Shown here in pieces: positions 11,718-23,992 of a DNA stretch of 61,316 bases. This stretch comes from Octopus bimaculoides (lineage: Eukaryota). The notes below the pieces were generated by a model. The model worked only from the letters and a program-made list of their open reading frames with translations. It did no database searches and was not told the origin of the DNA. The DNA lies in contig NC_068982.1 in the NCBI RefSeq assembly GCF_001194135.2, positions 104,462,017 to 104,523,332 of the forward strand. Direction: 5' to 3'. Position 1 is the stretch's first letter, and every line of letters starts with the position of its first letter. Position numbers and translations under genes: made by a program.

Positions 11718-13919
11718 AGCAAGCTGAAGCTAAAGCACAAACATATCACAACAATTAATTCTGCCCAAATTCTAAGATCAAAAAGGTTAAGTTTTGCATT
11801 AATAAAAATTCCAAATTATAATTATTTGTTATTATAAGTAAAAGTCAAGCAGTTATCAATAAATTCAACTTATGACACTTGCATGAAATTAATAAATTAT
11901 TTATGCATTGATTGTTATCATTCAGTCCCAGATCAACCCTGATCATACAGACTTGTGGTCAAAAGCATTGAAGCCATAATCACCCCACACACTTTCTTTT
12001 CTTTTCTCAGAATAATAGTAATCTCTAAGACTACATTATCCAATGAGTCCTTTATTTAAAATGGTAGGGTATGATTTTAGATAGATGGTTATTTCTGGTT
12101 GGCTGACTGATCAAGTAGAGGTTCCTTCGTTGGTTCTTTGTGAATCATTGATTTTTGTGGTTGGACAAATGAAATTTTTGTCTTGTTGAATGTTATTTAT
12201 AAACAATAGATATTCTGTTACTTTTTCTAAAAAGTGGTTGAATAAAACGGAAATATATCGAATGTTATTCAGATAAGATTAATATCTAAAATCTTCTTAG
12301 TTAATCTGGTTTATAGATTTTTCAACTATTGCTCAAAAAGAAACTGATATGATGATGACAACGATGATGATGATGATGATGACTATGACGATGGTGATCT
12401 GTTAGAAAGGACTGTCTATATTCAATGTTTAGTTTATGTATTTACCCAATCAACTGTCTGGATTTCATTTCTAGTCTTAACTTTACAACGTTACAAATAA
12501 TTTTTTTTTTTTTGACATGAGAGGGAATAATAATATTTGATTACAAATAAAATAACTTCTTAATTTTATTTAAGGATCATAAGCATTAGCTCAATATCTA
12601 ACATGTCTTTTTAATTCCTATGGATATTTTAAAATTGTTTTATGATAGCCTCAAGTTATTTGATCAGAGGTATCTCCAACTCATGTCAGTCAATCAGTTA
12701 GTCAAGGATATTGTCTTATGTCTGTTGCTTAGAAATATCACCATCTTGTCAGTCAGGAGTATTGCTACTTCATGTCAGTTGGTCAAAAGTATTGCAATCA
12801 GACAACAGTCAGTCAGTGATATCTCCATCTTATATCAGCTGGTCAGACATTGCTATCTCACATCAGTCATTCAAGGATATCTTCAGCTCATATTGGATGA
12901 GGTACACATAATGTACACCAACCTGAAAACTCTGTTCCCCCTTTCCTAATATAATTCTTCATTATTATTGCCTATGATCATAACTATGGATCCAGTCAGA
13001 TGTGATGTCTGATATTGTGACTACTTTCCTGGAGATTAATTGAAAAGGACTTCATAATCAAAGTGTTTCACAATAACATCACTATCATAGCTCATGATGG
13101 GCATAAAATTTTGTAGATAATGTTGTTACTTCTTTAACATCTAGCTTTTAATTGTGAACTTTGTGATGTAGTGGAAATTTTCATTACATCACATCTACAA
13201 CACATTTTACTATTCTCAAAAGGAAGTTTTACCTTTGAGAATATAATGAATATCTTAAGTACCCATTTGTTTTCCCTTATAATGTGTGGTCACTAGAGGT
13301 TCAATGCCCAAGTAACCAATCATTTATATTATGGTGAAGTTTATTATTACAACCACAGTATATTATATACAATGGTCTCAATAAGATTTATTCTAAATAT
13401 AATATCTTCTAAATGCAGGCATGGCTATGTGGTTAAGAAGTTTACTTCCACACTAAATTGCTTCAGTTTCAGTTCTACAATTTAAGCAAGTGTCTTCTAC
13501 TAATACTACATGAAAACTGTATGTAAGTCTGTTATTTGTGTGTGGCTCTGTGAATATTGACATTCCACAGCTTGTCACTGACTGAGCAAAGCTGTGACAT
13601 ACTTGCATTCCTTATTAACATTATCACTGGTTGTTCTGTACTTTTAAAGACCAGTGGAATGAAGAAAACTCCTTTACCTGAAAAAAAATGGTTGATGATA
13701 AGACAACCTTAAGATTCTGCTTCGAATAAGTCCCCTGGCCAATCCATGTCAGCATGGCAATGCAGACATTAAACAAGCAAATGAATAACCATCATTAACC
13801 CTAATTTCTTTTAATTTATATTATTGCCTTTGAAAAAAAGACAGGACATACACTGTAAATTTGAGACTTCTATCTCTGTTAAGAATTGATATCTACATAA
13901 CATATCTTTGCCATTTCAG

Positions 13920-14010
13920 TTCTATCATCAGTGACAAACATGCCAAACAAGAAAGATAAAGCTGCCGCTAGTCCAGGATCACAAATGAAGAAAATTTCAA
14001 ACATATCAAA
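13920..14010 (+). CDS. slo: Probable slowpoke exon, RCK1-RCK2 linker (phase 1 to phase 2): LSSVTNMPNKKDKAAASPGSQMKKISNIS(K)
   Basis: Acceptor tttgccatttcAG (13918-19), donor GTAAGA (14011). The 91 nt are open only as 2+87+2, and the terminal AA joins G at 49880 to give K-PTSP in frame. I recall the same phase pattern in the vertebrate KCNMA1 linker exon. Protein similarity itself is weak. Confidence 0.62.
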
Positions 14011-14706
14011 GTAAGAGTGCATACCATTTTCTGTTCATTTTTAATATCCTTTCTTCATAAATACATGTACTTGAAATAAACTGCTCTAAAGAAATAATAT
14101 CAAAGACTGACTGAAATCATTATAACTCTGTTTAATATTCAACCTAATATTATAACTAAAATTAAATCTGTTTCTAATTTGTCAATATAAATTTCTTTCC
14201 AAATTTCCTTCACCGGAATTAATTTGTTACTTAATGAAAAAAAATCAATTAAAAAAAATTTTTAATTCTGCTATTTTTTACCTCAATGGTTGGATACTTT
14301 TTTCTATTGCATTTAATTGATTAATTTATTTATGTATTGAACTGCAAGATTTTTTCATTATAGCTAGAAGATATTTTCATTTATTTCCAACAAAAAAGAA
14401 AATCAGTAATTTTTTGAAAAAGCCCTATTCTGTATGTGTTTTTTATCACAAAACTTTTATCTAATTATATTCCTCTCATAGATATATGGTTAAATGTTTC
14501 ATAATACTTATCAAACTCCAACTTCTTTTTATATTTCATGTCATTTATTTTTACAAGTATGTTAACTGTTCTAAATGTTTGTTTGTCTTTCTCCTACAAA
14601 ATTACATCATCATATGGAGCAGATCAATGTTTCACGAACCCACAGGTTTAGATATTTTAAAGCTACAACTATATTTTAATGTATATTTATATATATATAT
14701 GTATGC

Positions 14707-14753
<47 letters not shown>

Positions 14754-14897
14754 TATATTGAACTCATGACCTTCTGCGTGTAAAGCAGATGTGATAACCA
14801 CATATGTATATGTATGTATGTATTGCTGCAGCTCTCAAGCTGAAACTTGTGAAAGAGTATATATATGTATGCTTGGGAGTGTGTGTGTATGTGTGTG

Positions 14898-14943
<46 letters not shown>

Positions 14944-15359
14944 TATTTTTTTAAATGTATGTATATACATGTATGCAGATATATATATGTATCTTGCACT
15001 TTATCTTCTAAAGAGAATGCAGCAACTCAGCAGCACAGAGCTATCAAAATCTATGCTAGCTGATACTTTACTTTGCTCTTATTTATAGCAAACAATATTG
15101 TCTCAGTATTGCACCTGCTTGCATATCATGCATTGTTATATCAACCAATCAAAACAGCTGTAATGATACTGACTGATTACTTCAAATAAATTGTATACAG
15201 AATTTTCTTATAAATGCATTTTTTATACCTATTATCGTTTGTCTGTCCTGTTATTTGTTTCTATGTGTGTATGTGTTGTTCCTTTTCTCTTTTTAATTTA
15301 GAATAAATTTTGACCAGCCACTTACTTGGTAGCAAGGTTGTGAAGGAAAACATCTTGTT

Positions 15360-16340
15360 TTGTTCATCGTCCTTTAAATCTTAAGAAGGTCTTGCAAATT
15401 TTTATAGTCCCAGATATCATGGTCATTTGTAGTGTGTGAATTAAGAATTTGTGTTCTCTCCCCCAAAATCCAAGTATAGCCATGCTTTGTTCCAGAAGGG
15501 TTGGTATGTATCTTGTTGTTCCAATAACAGTAGATATGAAGCTGAAAGTGTATCTTGTACACTGGGTTTGTCCACTTTCTCTTGTATTTTTCTAATTACA
15601 TTGATGTTCTGAGAGCAGCTGATTTCCACAACAGAACATACCTTTTCCTTATGGTTTCACACAACAATTTCTGGTCGGTGGTGGCTGTTTTAATTTCTGA
15701 GTGCCACCAATATCCCTTTGACCCATTGGTCTCAATATAGTCAACTTTGTCTGTAGGTGTTTTCTTTTTTGTTACCCTGTTTCAGACTGTTCTGGCCACT
15801 GCATCTTCCATATCTGGAAGAAACTTCTCTCACAGTTGGCAATAATGTGGCTGATGTCTTCTGTCTTGGTCCTGCACAGCCTACATTTGTTGTCTGTCAA
15901 TGTAGATACTTGGTGGGGATTTCTTGTTCTTGAATTACATGGAGGTAGCCTTCAAAATGGGACATCATAAACTCGTCAGTATTCCATGCCAAGCTTTTGA
16001 CATGATCAGCCCCTTCCCTGGTTTTTCATGCCAAGTACCCATGTACTATCTTCCCCAGTGAACTGGTCCATTTTTTATTTTATTTTGTTCACATAAATAG
16101 ATTTTACCAATATTCCTTCGGGAGAGACCTGTATCAGCTTTTATTTCATACTTCCCCTCAAGTTCATTAGCTATCCTATTTATGTTGTTGATTTCATGGT
16201 CACATACTTGGTCAAGATAGTTATTGGTCTCTTTCTCCTGCTGCAGATGTTGTTTCAGTATCACAATATGTGCTTCATATGACATCAATACAGGTTTGAG
16301 GCCACAGCTGCCATCCTTGTGTGGGAAGTATATCTTCTTT
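15360..16340 (-). mobile_element. 3' fragment of an RLE-type (R4/Dong-like) non-LTR retrotransposon
   Basis: Minus strand gives IYFPHKDGSCGL (RLYLPR..GGRGL-like), CCHC knuckle KCRLCRTKTEDISHIIANC, DAVARTV, and a PD-(D/E)xK-like RPEIVV..VVEISCSQNINV..K. Confidence 0.7.
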
Positions 16341-16454
16341 ATGTATGCATACATGTATAAATATATATATATGGATGCATATGCATATGTGTATGGATAC
16401 ACTTTTACTACACTTTGATCTTAGCCAAAAGGTCAGTATATATATTGTATACAT

Positions 16455-16860
16455 AGGCGTAGGAGTGGCTGTGTGGTAAGTAGCTTGCTTACCAACCACA
16501 TGGTCCCGGGTTCAGTCCCACTGCGTGGCATCTTGGGCAAGTGTCTTCTACTATAGCCTCGGGCCGACCAAAGCCTTGTGAGTGTATTTGGTAGACGGAA
16601 ACTGAAAGAAGCCTGTCGTATATATGTATATATATATATGTGTGTGTGTGTATGTGTTTGTATGTCTGTGTTTGTCCCCCAACATCGCTTGACAACCGAT
16701 GCTGGTGTGTTCATGTCCCCGTAACTTAGCGGTTCGGCAAAAGAGACCGATAGAATAAGTACTAGGTTTCCAAAGAATAAGTCCTGGGGTCGATTTGCTC
16801 AACTAAAGGCGGTGCTCCAGCATGGCCACAGTCAAAAGACTGAAACAAGTAAAAGAGTAA
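16455..16860 (+). mobile_element. tRNA-derived SINE family A, near full-length
   Basis: Head GGCGTAGGAGTGGCTGTGTGG..GGTTCAGTCCC, internal (TA)/(TG) tract, tail GAAACAAGTAAAAGAGTA. Other copies lie at ~39398-39790 (+), ~20255-20580 (-), ~51225-51590 (-) and ~51685-52072 (-), with partials near 13410, 53640 and 56600. Confidence 0.85.
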
Positions 16861-16991
16861 TACATATACATGTGTATGTATATGCATGTTCATGTATATC
16901 TGCATACATATGTGTGCATATATATATATATATAGGATCATTTGTAAAAAACATAAATCCAAAAGAAGCACACTCTAAGATGTAGAGAAGT

Positions 16992-17233
16992 ATATATTAA
17001 AAATGGGGAAGGCTGGTTTACGTGATTGCTTTTGGTTTCCCATCCATAAAGGGTTTAGCTTTATGGCTTATCGTCAGATTCCAAAAACCTGTTGGCTCAT
17101 GACCTCTTAAGATATATGGAGGTCATGGGCCAAAGGGTTTTTGGGTTCTGACGATACATCATAAAGCTAAACCCTTTATGGATGGGAAACCTAAAGTAAT
17201 CCCATAAGCTGGCCTTCCCCACTTTTAATATAT
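16992..17233. repeat. Foldback/MITE-like palindrome, ~115-bp arms, 12-nt loop
   Basis: ATATATTAAAAATGGGGAAGGCTGG...GACCTC / GAGGTC...GCTGGCCTTCCCCACTTTTAATATAT are reverse complements with few mismatches, in TA context. Confidence 0.9.
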
Positions 17234-17720
17234 GTATATAATCACATTATTTCTTTAAGTGTGTTATATTTCTTGGTGTATTTAGACTCATACTTAAATA
17301 TTCATCTGTGGAAAGCTTTCAGCTTCCAAATAACCAAAGAACTTCCATATCTAAAGAGCCGTGGTTAAATTTATTGAACATTGGTCTAAATATAATTTAA
17401 GGTGTGTGTGTCTTTGTGTGCGCACACATGTTAGTATTTGTATTCACGTATGAGCATTGACTTATCCTGTTTACTGTCTACAGTTGGAAAAAAACCTTCA
17501 TATAGTTCAATAACCAACCAGTGATTTACAACTTCATCTTTATCTATATCTCCTATGATGATTTTGTACTGATACTGTGCTTATTACTCTGTTTTGTTTT
17601 TAATCATTTTAACAAAGTATGCTGACACCTGCCAAATGAATCTCATAATTTTTAAAGAAAAACATGTTTGTCTTTGCATATAGTTTTTAAATATATCATA
17701 TAAAATCCACATACACACAC

Positions 17721-18178
17721 ATAAAATATGAGAGATGGAAAATGGAATTCACAAGACTCTTTATTCAGAATTACTATGATCGTTTCAACTCATCATGCAT
17801 GGTACCTTACAGGTAACTTGCTGTAAAAACATTTGTCATGCATCATAAGTGCAAATGCATCTCTTCAGATACCTTGTATTTTTATTTGCCATTTCACTTA
17901 TTTCTATAAGAATACATTTTCTTAAGTTCCTTATAGAAATAGATAGTATACTACACGTTCCAAAATGTATTGTTATAGAAATAAACAAGACAGCAAGTAA
18001 AAAAAATAATGTACTCTTTGAAAAGTCACCTGAAGAGATGCATCTGCACCTATGATGCATGACAATTGTTTATACAGCATCTCACCAGTAAGGTACTGGT
18101 GTGGGAGGGGTTGAAATGATCATAGTGTTTCTGAATAAAGAGTCTCATGAATTCCATTTTCTATCTCTTATATTTTAT
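17721..18178. repeat. Foldback/MITE-like element, ~150-bp inverted arms, ~155-bp spacer
   Basis: 17721-17873 is an imperfect reverse complement of 18029-18178. Confidence 0.85.
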
Positions 18179-18319
18179 ATAAACTCTACAGACACAAAGG
18201 AATTCCTGAAGTTAATCCAATGGCATATACCTCCATATTCTTGTTGACATCAGGTGGTCAAATATTGTGGATGGGCTTTAAACAGCATACTATAAGGTGT
18301 ATACCTGAATATAAAATTA

Positions 18320-18358
<39 letters not shown>

Positions 18359-18946
18359 CTATGTATATGTACAGTTATGGTTTTATGAAACAGATCATTG
18401 AATTGTTTAATATATGAGGTGAGAGTTCCTAAGATCATTTATGAGAATTTTGAGTCACATTGAGTACTAAGTAGTTCCAAAATGTTTATAGGGATACTGT
18501 CTTGCTATCATGAAGAAACAGATGATGATGATGCACCAGTAACAGTGGTGCTGATGATGATGGGGAGGAGAAGGATAAAGAAATCATTTATTGTTCATCA
18601 TAAAATATGGCCAAGAAATAGCGAATAGTTATTTAGCCAGACTGAAGTTGGACAAAATTTGGTAGAAGTTTTATTGCTTAGATAGCAATATGAAATCATT
18701 TCAGAAAAAGTTAAAATTCTTTAAAAATGTTCTTGTAATTTTGCTATTAATGTAATTACTTTCCGTATTGTAATTTTCAATCAAGATATGGAGGGAAGAT
18801 TATGATTACTGCTGTTGTTGTTATCATTCTTGTTGTATAGCTCTAGATCAACCTTGATCAAGTAAATTTATAATTAAAATCTTCCATTTTCTTTAATATC
18901 TAGTATTGTATTATCTAGTATTGTATTATCAAGTAACCTCTCATTA

Positions 18947-20228
18947 CAAGGATTGGCTGAAAAGTTTACAGGCTGACCAAGATTCTCTCATGGAATGTGA
19001 CCAAATGAGGTTTATTTTTCAACATAGTCCCCCTTGAAGTTCACACACTTCTTCCAACAGTGTTGTAGTGCGTGGATCCCATTAGTGAAGAAGCTTTCAT
19101 CTTGTTGGTTAAAAAGTCAACAACAGATATGATATCATCATCACTGTAATACTGGTTCCCATTCAAGCGTTTTTCCATGCTGGGGAACACATGATAGTCA
19201 GATGGGGCCAAATCAGGAGAATAGGGAGGATGGTCAACCAGTTCAAAGCCACAATCACACACAACAGCCATTGAAAGCAAGGATTTGTGTGCTGGAGCAT
19301 TGTCCTGATTAAAAAAGACCCCTTTCGTCAGTTTTCCTGGATGTTTGGTCTTGGTAGCCTTTTGTAACTGCCTCAACAAGTTGGTATAGCACTTTCCATT
19401 GATGGTGTGGCCCTTTTGTAAATAGTCAATAAATACAAAGCCTTTTGCACCCCAAAATTATGAGGCCATTGCCTTCAGCAGGGAAGGTGCAGATGAAACG
19501 ATCTTGGCCTTCTTTGGAGCAGATGGGGAGGGGTGTTTCCACTGCATGGGTTATCTCTTTGTCTTTGGCTCAAATTAATGAATCCAACACTCATCCTTGG
19601 TTAGGAAACCAGCTGGATCTGTCTGAAATAAAGTCAGACTTTCTCATGATGTGATCAGCTTGGTGTGCTTTTGATCAGGTGTCAGAAGAGGTGGCACCCA
19701 CCAAGCAGAAATCTTTGTCATGCCAAGTTCATCATGCATAATATTTACAACTCTCTCATGGAATACAATAATAGCATTGGCTACTTGATTTATAGCCAGT
19801 CACCTGTCGTCCATCACCATGTGGTGAGCATAATCAATGTTTTCCTTGGTGGTGGCAGTTTTAAGACAGCCAGACCTTGGGTCATCTCCAAAACTTTCCC
19901 TTCCCTTCTTAAATTCAATTGCCCACTTTTGTGCTTTTGATAAAGCTGGAGCATCATCCCCATATAAAGTAACCATGTCAGCATGAATGTCCTTGAGGGC
20001 TAAACCCCTTTTTCTGCAAATACTTGATAACACCATAATGCCAAATTTTGTCCATTTTCAAGAGAAGTTGCTACTAGTTACTTTTGAAGTGTTCTTTGAA
20101 GAGTCAGATGTCAGTTTACCTAGAAAGAAACAATGCAGATATTAATAAAAAGAGTTTGAAATGCAAGTTTTCACAGCTCCAGCATTACTCCTTCATAGTG
20201 AGCCTATGAACTTTTCAGCCCACCCTCA
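18947..20228 (-). mobile_element. Full-length decayed mariner (DD34D) DNA transposon
   Basis: ~28-bp TIRs (CAAGGATTGGCTGAAAAGTTTACAGGCT / AGCCTATGAACTTTTCAGCCCACCCTCA) with TA on both flanks, 1282 bp. Transposase fragments include MDKIWHYGVIKY, WVP, QDNAPAH and HPPYSPDLAPSDY, interrupted by frameshifts. Confidence 0.93.
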
Positions 20229-23200
20229 TAGCTTCTGTGTTGCTATCGTTTATCCATTACTTGTTTCATACTGGGGGCCTGCCTTGAAGAATTTGTAATC
20301 CAAGGAATCAACCCCAGCACTTAGTTTCTTTTAAGACTAGTACTTATTCTCTCGGTCTCTTTTCCTGAACCACTAAGTTATGTGGACACACACACCACAC
20401 ACACATGCATGCACACGCGTGTGTATACAAAAAGTTTCTTTTTGTCTCCATCTACCAAATCCACTCATAAGGCTTTGGTCAGCCTGAAGCTTTTGTAGAA
20501 GACACTTACCCAAGGTGCCATACAGTGGGACTGAACTTAAAACCATGTGGTTGTGAAGCAAACTTTATACTACACAGCTACAAATTATAGCAAAAAATAG
20601 AATAGCAAAGAAAAAATCGAATCAAGTAAGCAACTACATACAGAGGAAGTCTTACTTATTGAAGAATAATCTCTAAACAAGTATATATTTCAAAATAACA
20701 TGTGTCCACCATTAGAAATATTTTAGTATTTAAACCAGCAAATTAAAGAACAGGATTAGGGATGAGCCAATGAAGAAGCTCTTATTCAGCCCTTAAGTCC
20801 TGCTAGAAATAGCAGACAAAACATTCTAAAATCATTTTTAAAATTGTAGAACACATTGATTGATCATGTTTTTGATCTACAATCTGTGTAAACTAGGCTG
20901 ACCTTGGTCTACATGACAACATTAGGAATGAGTAAAGCTCAGAACATGATCATAATAGACCAGGTGAACATTCTTTCAAGTTATACCTTTCCATCTTAGA
21001 ACAGAATCCTAGATAGTATAAGTTCAATCCAGTGTAAATTTTTTCCTTCTCTAATTTCTCTTGCTGAATGACCATCATCTGAAATGTTGAATTCTCTGGT
21101 TTCTTTCTTGTAGTGTAAAATTAATTATCATACACTCTTATTTGTTTTTGTTATTTTTGTTCCTGAAACCTTTTGGCTTGTTCTAGATACACACAATGAT
21201 AAGGTAGTTAAGGCTGGAAAGACTTTGAGCATAATTCTGCTTGACCAGGGCTTACCTGGGACTAAATAACAACTTTGCTCTGAGGAATACAATTTTATTA
21301 ACTTAGTTATTCAGTGGAATGTAAGGGTTACATTTATAGATAAGGTGGTTATGATATTACTCTCAGCAGTGAATGATAAATATAGCCACTGATCAATAGG
21401 AAATAATTTTCAGAAATATGTAGTGTGTGACTATTTTTGCTGTTATGAGACAGTGGCTTATAGCTAAGGTTTTTGGATTGCTAACATCATCATCTTTCCT
21501 AGCCATCATGTTGTGCTCTGAAGCAAAGTATAGAACTCTATTTGCCTCAGTTAACATAACAAAGTATTTAGCATTTAGCAGCATGAAAGGTATCCAATCG
21601 TAAAAACATTTTGCTGATAATAAATCCAACAAGGGGGTTTGTGTATACTCATAAGTTAATGAGACGTCTATGAGATTGATCAACCACTCATAATAACAGT
21701 TAAGTCTCTAAACATTGTAGGGTAGGATTTGAGAAATCACACCCTGCTCTCTTAAAAAAGACAAGATGTATTTGATAATGTTCCAGATACATTGTTTGAA
21801 AATAAGAACTTGAGATGGTTACTGCTGCTTTAACTTTGATCATTGTTTTGTTTAGTTATGGCTGGCTTGTAACTACTCAAACAAAAATATCCAACCTCAC
21901 ACATCATATTTATAGAAGAATAAGGAGTGGGAATGAATCAGTAATAGAACATTAACAATAATATTTCTTTGTATTTAAATTGTAAACTGTTTGAAAGCAA
22001 GCCAGAAATACTATATTTATCTGGGAAACATGACTAGTGCACAATATGAAAAAACAAAGACAATGTGTGTCCTAAAAGCATTGACAAGATAAACTCTGAA
22101 CTTGTCAAGCCTATGCCAATATAAAAACAGAACTGACATAGATGGATGATGACACAGTGAATATTTCTTCTTTCATGTTTTAATTCTGTAGATCTGTTTA
22201 GATGTTGATGGCTATTTTATTTCTTCTTTTGTATTATTTGAACAATTTTCCAATCATACAAGCAATTACTTTTGTGGAATTGTCATCCTTGATAGAACAA
22301 ATAAGTTTTATTCTTGTTTTATATCTATTTTTATATGGAAAAATAAAGCCTAGCAAATGAGAAAGATTTAGCAGCTTTCATCACAATTTGACAGATCTCG
22401 TAATTTCTTCCATGACCTCTGTCACTGACAATACTTTCAGCTTTTTGGACTTCTACTCTGCTATGTTCTGAAGGGAATCAGACAGAATGTTAACTGACCA
22501 AATTCTTAATGCAAATATTTCTTTTAGATTCAACTTTAGCTCATAAACTTTCAATATTACATAGAACAGATATATTTTTTTAACAACATAATCCATCTGT
22601 TAGTTTTAAATATATATACATATTTACATTCTATATGCATTTTTGAATCATCAAACTTTTTTTCCTTCTTCTTTGGAATTTTGTATCTATTTTTGTTTTT
22701 GTATGGCTATTGCTGTTTGTAATTGTAAATGATGTTAGCTTTATTATTTAAAATATTTTTATATCTTTCTTGTTTCCTGTATATTTCCGTGTTGTCTATT
22801 TAATATTAACAATATTTTACCTGTCTGAATATTGTTCTTTCTTCTTCTCATATGCATTTCTTTGCTAAAATATTTGTGTTGTTCTAGTATATATATATCA
22901 GTGCTGATCTCAGTTTGAAAGATTTTGTAGTAGAGCTAACCACCATTTCATTGTCAGCTACATAGACCTGCATTTAATGTCCACTTAATCATTCTGAGAG
23001 TGGCTCAAGATGAATGATAGAATTAGACTATAATCATACTATAATTTTTGCTCAATCAAGTGTGGTAAAATAGATCTCAGAATTTTTTCTCAGTGGTAGA
23101 AAAACTGTCTTACTAACTGGTTCCAAGCATCATTATAACAGAATATTGTTTCACAAGTAGAGTATTCTTAATCACAGAAAGCACTACAAAGTTTGATATG

Positions 23201-23789
23201 ACTTGCATTTTTCCCTAGACCAATATTGATTGTAAAGCCTGTGGTCAAGAATAAAACAGTTTAGTTATTAATATTTCTTAAATATTGTGTAATTCTGCAT
23301 TGTGTCAGCATGTTTTGTATCATATCAAAGTATTCCTGATAAATTAATCAATATAACTAACCTTTTCGCACTGATCCTGTCAGTCCTTCAATGTGTTTTG
23401 TAGATTATAAAGGAGATATAAACCATAAGTACAACTCTAAACAAATAGTAATCTATACAGCATTGACCCAAAGTACCCAAACATTGACCAGCTCTCAGCT
23501 GATAATAATGAAATGATAATTTCTTAATTATACAAGTATTATGAGAATAATATTGACAGATGAATAAGGCCATGCCACCCTCATCTTACCACAAATAAAT
23601 TAATAATTCTGTACTACTTGAAAATCTTTAGTCAGATCTAGTCAGAATAGGTTTATAAATTTGTGATGATTTATTAAATTTTAGAGATGTCCTTATCTGG
23701 TAAGTGATTTCATTTGAGACCATTGGTAAGTGATTTAATCTGAGACCATAAATTAAAACTAAAGAAATTACAATATGGAAGGCATATAT

Positions 23790-23992
23790 TAGTCATTCAA
23801 AAACACACAAAATCTGTTATTTTCATTTTAACATTTATTATTTGGTGTCAAAATTTTCATCACACTAACTGTGACCTGGTCACTGACACAATTCCACACT
23901 TCCAGTTTGCAGTGAGTGCAACGAAAATTTTGATACCAAATGATAAAATATTTTAGTGTAGTTAACAGTTTTTATGTGTTTTTGAATGATTA
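23790..23992. repeat. Foldback/MITE-like element, ~80-bp imperfect arms
   Basis: TCATTCAAAAACACACAAAA..TTTGGTGTCAAAATTTTC pairs with GAAAATTTTGATACCAAA..TTTTATGTGTTTTTGAATGA. TA flanks. Confidence 0.8.

Noticed and set aside
14687-15088. Overlapping ORFs and an exon-like stretch at 15014-15090
   Set aside because: The ORFs derive from (TA)n/(TG)n repeats, and no GT donor occurs before a stop in any usable frame.
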